Program-made: the position numbers and the translations under genes
Shown here: positions 1 through 14,823 of the stretch, piece after piece
Layout of the letters: every line of letters starts with the position of its first letter
Position numbering within the stretch: position 1 is the first letter of the stretch
Assembly (NCBI GenBank): GCA_965250285.1
Contig: OZ252299.1
Span: 1,216,001-1,280,000 of the forward strand
Direction: 5' to 3'
Source of the DNA: Myxococcota bacterium
GTDB lineage: Bacteria; Myxococcota_A; UBA9160; UBA4427
DNA length: 64,000 nt
The notes under the pieces: generated by a model
The model's database searches: none
What the model was told of the DNA's origin: nothing
What the model saw: the letters and a program-made list of their open reading frames with translations, nothing else

Positions 1-84
1 GGCAACGTCAAGCAGCTGCCCGTGCGAGACGACATCACGCTGCCGATCGACGAGCAGTTGATCGTGGAGCTCTACTCGCGCTGA
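1..84 (+). CDS. rpsD: 30S ribosomal protein S4, C-terminal fragment (runs off window start)
   Basis: Frame 1 reads GNVKQLPVRDDITLPIDEQLIVELYSR*, the typical S4 C-terminus, directly upstream of rpoA. Confidence 0.93.
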   Translation, partial: GNVKQLPVRDDITLPIDEQLIVELYSR

Positions 85-194
85 TCGGGGAGCGCTCCGC
101 CGCACGGAGCGTACCCATGAACGTCAGCGCTGAATGATTCGAACGCTCCGCCCGAAGGCGGAGTCGACCCGAAAGGGACGAAAGGGGGGTTCCG

Positions 195-1223
195 ATGCAG
201 CAGGAACTGATGGCCCAGAACTGGCGGGCGCTGATCCGCCCGCGCCGCCTCGAAGTCGATGAGGCGTCGCACACGGCGTCCTACGGCAAGTTCTCGTGTG
301 AGCCGCTCGAGCGCGGCTTCGGCACGACGCTCGGCAACGCGCTGCGCCGCGTGCTGATCTCGTCGCTCCAGGGCGCCGCGATCACGCAGATTCGCGTCGC
401 CAACGTGCTTCACGAGTTCTCGACGATCCCCGGCGTCATGGAAGACGTCAGCGAGGTCGTGCTGAACCTCAAGGAGGTGCGGCTCCGCATGCACACCGAG
501 GGGCCGAAGTCGATCACCATTCGCCGCAACGGCGAGGGCGAGGTCTTCGCGCGCGACTTCACGAGCGACGATCAGACGGTCGAGATCGTGAATGGCGATC
601 ACAAGATCTGCACGATGTCGCCCGACGCCGAGTTCGAGCTCGAGGCCACCGTCGGTCATGGCAAGGGCTACGTGCTCGCCGATAAGAACAAGACCGAAGA
701 GATGCCCATCGGCACGATCCCGATCGACTCGGTGTTCTCGCCCATCCGCCGTGTGAACTACACGGTGACGCCCGCCCGCGTGGGTCGCGAGACCGACTTC
801 GACAAGCTGACGATGGAGATCTGGACCGACGGCACCGTCGACCCGGTCGACGCGCTCGCCTTCGCGGCCAAGATCGTCAAGGAGCAGATGACGATCTTCA
901 TCAACTTCATCGAGGAGCCCGAGTCGGTGCCCGCGGTGGAGGACGAGCCCGAGCCGCTCAACCCGAACCTCTACAAGAGCGTCGACGAACTCGAGCTCTC
1001 GGTTCGGTCGGCGAACTGCCTCCAGAACGCGAACATCCGGTTCATCGGTGAGCTCGTGCAGCGCACCGAGGCCGAGATGCTCAAGACCAAGAACTTCGGG
1101 CGGAAGTCCCTCAACGAGATCAAGGAGGTGCTCGCCTCCATGGGACTCGCGCTCGGCTCGACCATCGAGAACTTGCCCTCGCGCAAGGATCTCGAGAAGC
1201 TGCGCGAGCAGCGCGAGGCCTGA
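195..1223 (+). CDS. rpoA: DNA-directed RNA polymerase subunit alpha
   Basis: [52 protein letters not shown] motifs. Confidence 0.99.
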   Translation: MQQELMAQNWRALIRPRRLEVDEASHTASYGKFSCEPLERGFGTTLGNALRRVLISSLQGAAITQIRVANVLHEFSTIPGVMEDVSEVVLNLKEVRLRMHTEGPKSITIRRNGEGEVFARDFTSDDQTVEIVNGDHKICTMSPDAEFELEATVGHGKGYVLADKNKTEEMPIGTIPIDSVFSPIRRVNYTVTPARVGRETDFDKLTMEIWTDGTVDPVDALAFAAKIVKEQMTIFINFIEEPESVPAVEDEPEPLNPNLYKSVDELELSVRSANCLQNANIRFIGELVQRTEAEMLKTKNFGRKSLNEIKEVLASMGLALGSTIENLPSRKDLEKLREQREA

Positions 1224-1224
1224 C

Positions 1225-1596
1225 ATGCGACACGGCAAGAGCGGAAGAAAGCTCGGACGCGACCAGAGCCACAGGAAGGCCATGTTTCGCAACATGGTGA
1301 CCTCGTTGCTCGAGCACGAGCGGATCGAGACCACCCACGCCAAGGCGAAGGAGCTGCGCGGCGTGGCCGAGCGGATGATCACGCTCGGCAAGCGCGGCGA
1401 TCTCCACGCCCGGCGCCAGGCGGCGGCCTACATCCGAAGCAAGGACGTGACGTCGAAGCTCTTCGACGAGCTGGCCGATCGCTATCGCGACCGCCCGGGC
1501 GGCTACACGCGCGTGATCAAGGTGGGCAACCGCGTGGGTGACGCGGCACCGATGTCGATCATCGAGCTCGTCGACCGCGCCGAAGGCGACGCGTAG
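1225..1596 (+). CDS. rplQ: 50S ribosomal protein L17
   Basis: [24 protein letters not shown]...[13 protein letters not shown] 1 nt after the rpoA stop. Confidence 0.98.
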   Translation: MRHGKSGRKLGRDQSHRKAMFRNMVTSLLEHERIETTHAKAKELRGVAERMITLGKRGDLHARRQAAAYIRSKDVTSKLFDELADRYRDRPGGYTRVIKVGNRVGDAAPMSIIELVDRAEGDA

Positions 1597-1606
1597 CCCG
1601 CTTCGA

Positions 1607-2194
1607 ATGGCGGGCGAAGCGGACGAGACGCCCACCACCGGCGCGCCCGAAGAGTCGGGCGCGGGTGGCGGCCTCGGCGGCACGGGTTGGCTGCTCGCCA
1701 TCGCGATCATCGCGATGGCGGGCGCTTTGATCCTGCTGGGCGAGGGCGGGCCTGCCCCGCTTCGACGGGGCGACCCGGCGCCGGGCTTCGAGCTGGCGCG
1801 CCTCGGTTCGGCTGCGCCGATGTCTCTCGACGACCTCCGCGGTGAGGTCGTGCTGCTCAACTTCTGGGCCACCTGGTGCAAGCCCTGCGAAGACGAGATG
1901 CCGGCCATGCAGCGGCTCTACGAAGCCACGCATGAGCGTGGGTTCGAGCTCGTGGCCATCTCGGTGGACGACGAGCCCGGGCTCGTCGACGCCTTCGTCG
2001 CGCGCATGGGCCTGACCTTCCCCGTGCTGCTCGACCCCGACCAGGCGACTTCTCGCCTCTATCAGACGATGGGCTACCCCGAGTCGCTGCTGATCGACCG
2101 CAGTGGCGTGATCGTCGAGCGCTACGTCGGACCCAAGCCCTGGGACGAGCCGGGCTACGTCGCGCGGGTCGAGCGCCTGCTCGCGCAACCCTGA
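1607..2194 (+). CDS. TlpA/ResA-family membrane-anchored thiol-disulfide oxidoreductase
   Basis: N-terminal TM segment and LNFWATWCKPC thioredoxin motif. Confidence 0.9.
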   Translation: MAGEADETPTTGAPEESGAGGGLGGTGWLLAIAIIAMAGALILLGEGGPAPLRRGDPAPGFELARLGSAAPMSLDDLRGEVVLLNFWATWCKPCEDEMPAMQRLYEATHERGFELVAISVDDEPGLVDAFVARMGLTFPVLLDPDQATSRLYQTMGYPESLLIDRSGVIVERYVGPKPWDEPGYVARVERLLAQP

Positions 2195-2372
2195 CGATCC
2201 GCCGGTCACACCCGACCCACGCTCACCGAAGCGCTTACCCGAGATGCCCCGCAGGGCTGACGGACTTGCTGTGCAGATGGCGGCTCGCTCGGGGGGCACT
2301 CCCCGCACGATTCGGTACGATCCCCGCCGGAGAGGGGCGAGAGCCCTTCCATCCGGGTCCACGGGGGGTGGA

Positions 2373-2684
2373 TTGAGATCGTCGCTGCTGGTGCTGGGGC
2401 TCGCGGTGTGCGCCGCGACGCTCGTGGTCGTGGATCGCGATTCGGGCGTCGGGACGTGGCTCAGGCTGCGTTCGGAGCTCGCTGAGTCGTCCACGCGCAT
2501 TCGCCAGCTCGAGGCCGAGACGGTCTCGCTCCGGCGGCAGATCGAAGAGCTCCGCACCCATCCCTGGGCCATCGAGCGAGCGATTCGAGAGGATCTCGAT
2601 CTGGCTCGGCCAGGTGAGGTGCTGATCCGATTTCGACCGGCGAGCACCGGCGAAGCGGGGCGCGCCAGCGCCGACCGCGGCTGA
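2373..2684 (+). CDS. Septum formation initiator (FtsB/DivIC family)
   Basis: TM helix, coiled coil, IERAIREDLDLARPGEV motif; start uncertain (TTG 2373 chosen for size and G-rich RBS; ATG 2244 or 2277 possible). Confidence 0.75.
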   Translation: MRSSLLVLGLAVCAATLVVVDRDSGVGTWLRLRSELAESSTRIRQLEAETVSLRRQIEELRTHPWAIERAIREDLDLARPGEVLIRFRPASTGEAGRASADRG

Positions 2685-2704
2685 GAACGGAGACGGCGAG
2701 GCCG

Positions 2705-3337
2705 ATGACACGCGAGTCCAGCACACGCAAGCGATCGACGGAGTCGCGCCTGATCTTCACGCTGCTCGGCGTGACGGTCTGGATCGCCGCAGGCTTCGTG
2801 ATCGGCCTGGTCGCAGGCGTGGTCTCCGAAGAGCCGGAGCTGCTCGTGGGACACATGGCCGGCCGCGACACCGAGATCGAGTGGGCCGCAGGTGGCAGCG
2901 AGTCGGGCGACACCGTCGCCCTCATCGAGGCGAATGACGATGGCGGGGCGCTCGCACCGGTCGGCGCAGCGCCGCGGTCGCTGCTCGACGACCCGCCGCC
3001 GCAGACGACGTCGATCCTGAAGGACGAGACCGCGTCGGTCGAGGCCGCGCAGTTCGCGGCCGCGAAGAAGGCCGGCGAAGCGAAGCCGCCGACGACCGCG
3101 GGCCCTCGCTTCCTGATCCAGGTCGGGGCGTACGACAGCCGCGCATCGGCGAGCGAGGTGGCCGAGACCCTGCGCGGCAAGGGGTACGCGGTCGAGGTGC
3201 TGAGCAACTCCGACGACGGCCGCTACCGCGTGCGCGTCGGTCCAGTCGCCGCGCGGGATCGCGCCGAAGGGCTTGCGAAGCGTCTCGAGGACGACGAGGG
3301 GCTCCCCACCTGGATCCTGCGCGTCCGCGAGAGCTGA
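2705..3337 (+). CDS. SPOR-domain cell division protein (FtsN/DedD-like)
   Basis: N-terminal TM, linker, C-terminal FLIQVGAY...YRVRVGP SPOR motif. Confidence 0.85.
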   Translation: MTRESSTRKRSTESRLIFTLLGVTVWIAAGFVIGLVAGVVSEEPELLVGHMAGRDTEIEWAAGGSESGDTVALIEANDDGGALAPVGAAPRSLLDDPPPQTTSILKDETASVEAAQFAAAKKAGEAKPPTTAGPRFLIQVGAYDSRASASEVAETLRGKGYAVEVLSNSDDGRYRVRVGPVAARDRAEGLAKRLEDDEGLPTWILRVRES

Positions 3338-3357
3338 GCACCGATCGGAGTTTCGAG

Positions 3358-4301
3358 ATGCGTTGTGGGGTGACCGGGAGCGGCGGCCAGCTGGGTCGAT
3401 GCCTCGTCGCGCGCCTCGAGGCGGCGCCGAAACACACTCTCGCGTTTGCCACCGGTCATGCCGACTGCGATCTGGGGCGCGCGGATCACGTCGACGCGCT
3501 CTTCGACGACGGACCCGCGGCCGGGGCCGACGTCGTCTTCAATGCCGCCGCGTACACGGCGGTCGACCGGTGCGAGCAGGAAGAGCCGCTCGCCCACGAC
3601 ATCAATGCCGACGGCGTCGCCCACCTGGCGCGCCGCTGTCAGGAAAGCGGAACCCTTCTCGTGCACGTTTCGACCGACTACGTCTTCGCCGGCGACGCCC
3701 GTGCGCCCTACGCAGAAGGGGACGCGACCGCGCCGGTCAACGCCTATGGCCGGACGAAGCGGGCGGGGGAGCAGGCTGCGCTCGAGGCCGCCCCCGACGC
3801 CCTCGTGGTGCGCACCAGCTGGGTCTTCGGGCCCGGGCGCAACTTCGTCGTCGCGATCCTCGAGCAGGCTCGCAAGCGACGCTCCGGCGAGCTCGAGGGG
3901 CCGCTCAGCGTCGTCGATGACCAGGTCGGGGCACCGACGTATGCCGACCACCTCGCCCAGGGGCTGATCGGGCTCGCCGAGCTGGCCCGCCCTGCGCCCG
4001 GCGACAAAGCCACGCCCAAGCCGGATGAACCCGTTCGGGGCCTCTACCATCTGACAGGGGGTGGCTCGACCACGTGGTGGGGGTTCGCCCGCCGCATCCT
4101 CGACCGGACCGGGCACGCAGATCTTGCGATCGACCGCGCCGCAACGGCCGGTCTCGATCTGCCTGCTGCGCGGCCGGCGTACTCGGTGCTCGATACCCGC
4201 CGGGCGGCGGGGCTCGGCGTCGCGCTGCCCGCGTGGGAGCAGGGCTTGGACGACTATCTCGCGTCGCACGATGGTGCGGCGCTGCTGGAGGCGCGGGCCT
4301 G

Positions 4302-4302
<1 letters not shown>
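3358..4302 (+). CDS. rfbD: dTDP-4-dehydrorhamnose reductase
   Basis: [47 protein letters not shown]. Confidence 0.93.
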
Positions 4303-6106
<1,804 letters not shown>

Positions 6107-6110
<4 letters not shown>

Positions 6111-7054
6111 GCGCGTCCACCGACGAGTCCGCCCTCGAGGAGGGCGCCGAGGCCGAAGGTCAGACCCGCGCCGGAGCAATCTGGGAGCAGGTCTGGACGC
6201 TCGCCCTCGCGATCCTCATCGCCCTCGGCATTCGCGCCTTCGTGATCGAGCCCTTCCGGATCCCGTCCGGCTCGATGCTGCCGACGCTGTTGATCGGCGA
6301 TCACCTGTTCGTGAACAAGTTCGTGTACGGGCCCCGGATCCCCTTCACCGACATCCGACTGCCGGGGCTGCGCGAGCCGGAGCGCGGCGACATCGTCGTG
6401 TTCGAGGTCGCGCGCGGGCCGGGGGGCCTCGACTCGGGGATCTTCCCGGCCGACGAACGTCCCGAGCTGACCCAGGACGACTTCGTGAAGCGCATCGTCG
6501 GGCTGCCGGGCGACGAGCTCTCCGTCGTGAATGGCCGCATCTTCGTCAACGGCGAAGAGATGGCCTGGGCCGAGACCGGCAAGACTTTCGTCGATGCCCA
6601 TGGCCGAACGCTCACCTGGTACCGAGAGAACCTCGATGGCTGCGTCCACGACGTGCTCGACGACCCGGTGCCGGGGGTCGGGGGCGCGCCGCCGCGCAGC
6701 CTCGTCGTGCCCGAGGGCCGCTACTTCATGATGGGCGACAACCGCGACTGGTCGAACGACAGCCGCGGCTGGGGCACCGTGCGCCTCGAAGAAATGAAGG
6801 GCCCGGCGTTCTTCCTGTACTGGTCGTGGGACGTGAACGGCAGCGCGATCCAGTTCCTGAACCCGGTCAACTGGGTGACGGCCGACAAGCGCTGGGATCG
6901 CGTCTTCACGCGGGTCGGCTGTGACTCGGTGAGCGACGGCGCCGCGGCGCGGCGGTCGCCGCCGGCCGAGCCCGCGCAGGTCGCGAGCCAGCCGATGTCC
7001 GTCGCCGCGCCCCGGGCGCCGGTCATGGCCGCGGCGGGGCCTGCGGCCGGCTGA
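6107..7054 (+). CDS. lepB: Signal peptidase I
   Basis: [36 protein letters not shown]; follows lepA. Confidence 0.97.
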
Positions 7055-7269
7055 GCGGCGATTCGCAGCCCACCCGCGCCGGGTGCGCCCGCCTCGCCCC
7101 TCGGCTCTTCGGCCGCAGCGGGGCGCACAGCGCCGCTCAGGTGCAGGCGAGCGCGAACCGGCCCGGGCCGGCGCGAATTCACACCCCCATCCGCCGCTGA
7201 AAGGGCACTCACATCGGGTGCGCCCCTTTTGGGCGTGCGCGATCCGCGATAGATTCCGGCCGCGCAGAA

Positions 7270-7302
7270 CCTTTTAAGCTCGTCCCGAGAGACGGGTAAA
7301 GG
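7270..7302 (+). promoter_or_regulatory. PyrR-binding RNA element overlapping the pyrR ribosome-binding site
   Basis: CCTTTTAAgctcGTCCCGAGAGACgggtAAAGG resembles the PyrR binding-loop consensus (CCTTTAA..GTCCxGAGAG..AAGG) and lies immediately before the pyrR GTG. Confidence 0.75.
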
Positions 7303-7308
7303 TGACTG

Positions 7309-7947
7309 GTGACCAGCCCCACGCCCCCCAGCTTGCGGCCCGAAGAGGCCCGCCCGCCCGCGCGCACGCGTGTCGTGCTCGACGACGTCGCGATCCGACG
7401 CGCGTTGATGCGCATCGCGCACGAGATCGTCGAGACGGGCGACGAGCTCTCCGACCTCTACCTCGTGGCGATCCCGAACGGCGGCGTTCCACTCGGACGA
7501 ATCCTCGTCGAGAACCTCGCTCAGGTGGCCGACGCCTCGCTGTCGATGGGCATCCTCGACACCACGCTGTATCGCGACGACCTGACGACCCGCGGTACGC
7601 GGCCGAGACTGCGCCGGACCGAGATGCCTTCGACCGTCGACGACCGCGTCGTCGTGCTGGTCGAAGACGTGGTGAACACGGGCCGTACGATCCGCGCCGC
7701 CATGGATGCGCTGATGGATTTCGGTCGTCCGCGCGCGGTGCGCGTGGTCGCGCTGGTCGACCGGGGGCACCGCGAGCTGCCCATCAAGATCGATTACGTC
7801 GGCAAGAACATCCCGACCCAGCCCGGCGACAAGGTCCGGCTGCGGGCGGGGGGTGACGGGGCGGAGCTGGAGGGCGCCGAAGCCCTCGAGGTCGTGATCG
7901 AGGCCTTTCCGCGCGTCGGGACAGAGTCGAGCGAGGGGGTCTCATGA
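7309..7947 (+). CDS. pyrR: Pyrimidine operon regulator/uracil phosphoribosyltransferase PyrR
   Basis: RALMRIAHEIVE, LDTTLYRDDL, TGRTIRAAMDAL, LVDRGHRELPI. Confidence 0.97.
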   Translation: MTSPTPPSLRPEEARPPARTRVVLDDVAIRRALMRIAHEIVETGDELSDLYLVAIPNGGVPLGRILVENLAQVADASLSMGILDTTLYRDDLTTRGTRPRLRRTEMPSTVDDRVVVLVEDVVNTGRTIRAAMDALMDFGRPRAVRVVALVDRGHRELPIKIDYVGKNIPTQPGDKVRLRAGGDGAELEGAEALEVVIEAFPRVGTESSEGVS

Positions 7948-8873
7948 TCGGACAGGATCTGCTTGGGATCGAAGATCTCTCACGCCAGGACATCGAGTTG
8001 ATCCTCGAGACCGCCGAGCGCATGCAAGAGATCGGGACGCGCGAGGTCAAGAAGGTGCCGACCCTGCGCGGTCGCACGATCGTGAATCTCTTCTTCGAGC
8101 CGTCGACCCGCACGCTGGCGAGCTTCGAGATCGCCGGCAAGCGTCTCGCCGCCGACGTCGTGAACTTCTCCGCATCGAGCTCGAGCCTGACGAAGGCCGA
8201 GAGCCTGCTCGACACGGCACGCACCCTCGACGCGATGGATCCCGACGCCGTCGTCGTGCGCCACAAGGTCGCGGGCGTGCCCCAGCGAATCGCCGACGTG
8301 CTCGACTGTCCCGTCATCAACGCGGGCGACGGCGCGCACGAGCATCCCTCCCAGGCGCTGCTCGACATGCTGACCGTGCAGCAGGCCAAGCAGCGCATCG
8401 AAGGCCTGACCGTCGCGATCATCGGCGACATCGCGCATTCGCGGGTGGCACGCTCGAACATCTACGGCTTCACGAAGCTCGGCGCCGAGGTGCGCGTCTG
8501 CGGCCCCCCGACCATGCTGCCGCCCAATGTCGAGGCGCTCGGCGTCAAGGCGTATACGCGCCTGCGCGAGGCCCTCGACGGGGTCGACGTGGTGATGGCG
8601 CTGCGCATCCAGAACGAGCGGCTCGAGGGCGCCTGTTTTCCGAGCGTACGCGAGTACTCGGCGACGTTCGGCATCGACCGCCAGAAGCTGCGCTTTGCGC
8701 GTCCCGACGCGATCGTGATGCATCCCGGGCCAGTGAACCGCGGCGTCGAGCTCAGCCATGAGCTGACCGACCACAAGCCGAGCGTGATCCTCGATCAGGT
8801 GCGCAATGGCGTCGCCCTGCGCATGGCGCTGCTCTACCTGATCGCCGGACGCCACCGCGACGGAGGCGCATAG
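7944..8873 (+). CDS. pyrB: Aspartate carbamoyltransferase catalytic subunit
   Basis: FFEPSTRT, NAGDGAHEHPSQALLD, HPGPVNRGVE. Confidence 0.98.
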   Translation: MIGQDLLGIEDLSRQDIELILETAERMQEIGTREVKKVPTLRGRTIVNLFFEPSTRTLASFEIAGKRLAADVVNFSASSSSLTKAESLLDTARTLDAMDPDAVVVRHKVAGVPQRIADVLDCPVINAGDGAHEHPSQALLDMLTVQQAKQRIEGLTVAIIGDIAHSRVARSNIYGFTKLGAEVRVCGPPTMLPPNVEALGVKAYTRLREALDGVDVVMALRIQNERLEGACFPSVREYSATFGIDRQKLRFARPDAIVMHPGPVNRGVELSHELTDHKPSVILDQVRNGVALRMALLYLIAGRHRDGGA

Positions 8874-8875
8874 CC

Positions 8876-10180
8876 ATGGCGAAGACGCTGATTCGCGGCG
8901 GCCGACTGCTCGACCCGAAGAAGGGGCGGGACGAGACGCTCGACCTGATGATCGACGGCGAGACGGTCGCCGCCGTCGGTTCGGGCCTGTCCGACGACGG
9001 CGCTCAGGTCGTCGACGCTGCGGGCTGCTGGGTGGTCCCCGGCTTCGTCGACATGCACACGCACCTGCGTGAACCCGGCGAAGAGTACAAGGAAGATCTC
9101 GCCTCGGGCGGCCGCGCGGCCGTTGCCGGCGGCTTCACGGCGATCGCGTGCATGGCGAACACGCACCCGGTCAACGACGACCCCTCGGTGACGAAGTACA
9201 TCCTCGACCGTGCGGCCAAGGATTCGCCCGCGCGCGTGCACCCGATCGCCGCGGCGACGAAGGGGCTCGACGGCAAGGTGATGACCGAGATGGCCGCGCT
9301 CGTCGAGGCCGGGGCCGTGGCGTTCAGCGACGACGGCGCGACGATCATGAACACGTCGGTCATGCGCTCGGTGCTCGAGTATTCGCGCCTCGTCGACAAG
9401 CCGGTCATCGTGCACGCCGAAGACTGTGGCCTGCGCGGCGAGGGCGTCGTCAACGAAGGCCGGGTCTCGACGCTGATCGGCCTGCCGGGCAACCCGGTCG
9501 AGGCCGAGGAGATCATGGTCGCGCGCGATCTACGCCTGGCCGCGCTGACGGGGGCGCGGCTCCACATCGCCCACGTGTCGGCCGGGGGGTCGGTGCAACT
9601 CATTCGCGAGGCGCGGGAGGCGGGGCTGGCGGTCACCGCCGAGGTGACGCCGCATCACCTCACGCTGACCGACGAGGCGACGAGCGGTTACGACACGAAC
9701 TTCAAGATGGCCCCGCCGCTGCGTACGGCCGAAGACGTCGCCGCGCTGCGCGCGGGTCTGGTCGACGGCGTGATCGACGCGATCGCGACCGACCACGCTC
9801 CTCACGCCGAGCACGAGAAGGACGTCGAGTTCACGGCGGCCCCATTCGGCGTCACGGGCTTCGAGACGGCGCTGCCGGTCTGTCTCGATCTCGTGCGCGC
9901 AGGCGAGCTGGCGCCCCTCGAGTTGGTGCGGCGGCTGGCGACATCCCCGGCTGCGATCCTCGGGCTCCAAGGCGGCGGCCTCGCCGAGGGCGCCATCGCG
10001 GACGTCGCTTTGGTCGATCCCGAAGAGCGCTGGGTCTACGACCCGACGGTGGGTGCGTCGAAGAGCCGCAACTCGCCCTGGGCCGGCCATGAGATGCACG
10101 GCCGCGTGCGAATGACATGGGTTTCGGGCCGCCGCGTCCACGACGTCACGCAGCGAGACCGAGAAGGAGAAGCAAGGTGA
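8876..10180 (+). CDS. pyrC: Dihydroorotase
   Basis: [35 protein letters not shown]. Confidence 0.97.
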   Translation: MAKTLIRGGRLLDPKKGRDETLDLMIDGETVAAVGSGLSDDGAQVVDAAGCWVVPGFVDMHTHLREPGEEYKEDLASGGRAAVAGGFTAIACMANTHPVNDDPSVTKYILDRAAKDSPARVHPIAAATKGLDGKVMTEMAALVEAGAVAFSDDGATIMNTSVMRSVLEYSRLVDKPVIVHAEDCGLRGEGVVNEGRVSTLIGLPGNPVEAEEIMVARDLRLAALTGARLHIAHVSAGGSVQLIREAREAGLAVTAEVTPHHLTLTDEATSGYDTNFKMAPPLRTAEDVAALRAGLVDGVIDAIATDHAPHAEHEKDVEFTAAPFGVTGFETALPVCLDLVRAGELAPLELVRRLATSPAAILGLQGGGLAEGAIADVALVDPEERWVYDPTVGASKSRNSPWAGHEMHGRVRMTWVSGRRVHDVTQRDREGEAR

Positions 10181-11430
10181 GCCCCAACCCCCCGAACGAC
10201 GCCCCCCAGCACGAGGGCCGCGTGGGCATTCGTCAGCCCGGTCGACCGGCCGCGCTCGCGCTGGCCGACGGCACCGTCTATCGCGGTCAGGCGTTCGGCG
10301 CCGAGACCGTGACCGATGGCGAGGTCGTCTTCAACACGAGCATGACGGGCTACCAGGAGATCCTCACCGATCCTTCGTACGCCGGGCAGATCGTGACCAT
10401 GACGTACACGCAGATCGGCAACGTCGGCGTGAATGCCCAGGACGAAGAGAGCCTGCGCCCGTTCCTGTCGGGCTTCGTCGTCAAGGAGCTCTTCGAGGTG
10501 CACTCGAACTGGCGCGCCGAGAGCGGTCTCTCGGCGCGCATGCGCGACGCCGGAGTGCCCGGGCTGGCGGGCATCGACACCCGCGCGCTCGTCCGCCGCA
10601 TCCGCACCGGGGGGGCTCAGGTCGGCGTGATCTCGACCGACCCCGCCGTGCAGAACGACGCCGAGCTGGTCGAGCGCGCGCGCAGCGCGCCGGGTCTCGA
10701 CGGCCGAGACCTCGTCGCCGACGTCACCTGCCAAGCGGCCTACGACTGGTCGGAAGGGCGCTGGGAAGGTGTCTCGGGCCAGGTGCCCCGCGATGGCCGG
10801 CCCGACAAGAAGCTCAAGCTCGTGGCCTACGACTTTGGCGTGAAGCGCAACATCCTGCGCATGCTCGTCGACGAGGGCTTCGATGTGACGGTCGTGCCGG
10901 CGACCACGCCCGCGGCCGATGCGCTCGCGCGCGAGCCCGACGCGATCTTTCTCTCGAACGGCCCGGGGGATCCGGCCGCCGTGCAGGGGGTGCAGCCCAT
11001 CGTCCGCGAGCTCGCGGCCCGCAAGCCTCTGTTCGGCATCTGTCTCGGGCACCAGATCCTCGGTCTCTCGCTCGGTGGCAAGACGACGAAGCTCAAGTTC
11101 GGGCACCACGGTGGCAATCAGCCCGGGCAGGACGTCGCCACGGGCAAGGTCGCGATCTGCGCCGAGAACCACGGCTACGCCGTCGATGCGCAGTCGCTGC
11201 GCGACGCCGGCGAACCCGTCGACATCACGCACATCAATCTGAACGACGGCACCGTCGAAGGGCTGGCCCACGTCGAGAAGCCGATTTTCTCGGTGCAGTA
11301 CCACCCCGAAGCTTCGCCGGGCCCGCACGACGCAGCGTATCTCTTTCGTCGCTTCCGCCGCATGGTCGAGCGGAGCGTCGACGGTGACCCGATCTCGGGC
11401 GCCGCGATCGCGAAGGAAGATGCTGCCTGA
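10177..11430 (+). CDS. carA: Carbamoyl-phosphate synthase small subunit
   Basis: [49 protein letters not shown] overlaps pyrC stop. Confidence 0.97.
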   Translation: MSPNPPNDAPQHEGRVGIRQPGRPAALALADGTVYRGQAFGAETVTDGEVVFNTSMTGYQEILTDPSYAGQIVTMTYTQIGNVGVNAQDEESLRPFLSGFVVKELFEVHSNWRAESGLSARMRDAGVPGLAGIDTRALVRRIRTGGAQVGVISTDPAVQNDAELVERARSAPGLDGRDLVADVTCQAAYDWSEGRWEGVSGQVPRDGRPDKKLKLVAYDFGVKRNILRMLVDEGFDVTVVPATTPAADALAREPDAIFLSNGPGDPAAVQGVQPIVRELAARKPLFGICLGHQILGLSLGGKTTKLKFGHHGGNQPGQDVATGKVAICAENHGYAVDAQSLRDAGEPVDITHINLNDGTVEGLAHVEKPIFSVQYHPEASPGPHDAAYLFRRFRRMVERSVDGDPISGAAIAKEDAA

Positions 11431-11528
11431 ACCCGACCCGGGACGCCGCCCGCGAGGGCCGACCCGGGTCCCATGCCCCTCGTTCGACGCGCCGCCGCGC
11501 AGCGCGGCGACCCGAAGGATCTCAAAAC

Positions 11529-14753
<3,225 letters not shown>

Positions 14754-14823
14754 AGCCGCCGGCCAGGGTCGACGTTCGGGGCTGCTCGCATCGCCGAGCC
14801 ATGAGGCAGGAGCCCGAGGCGAG

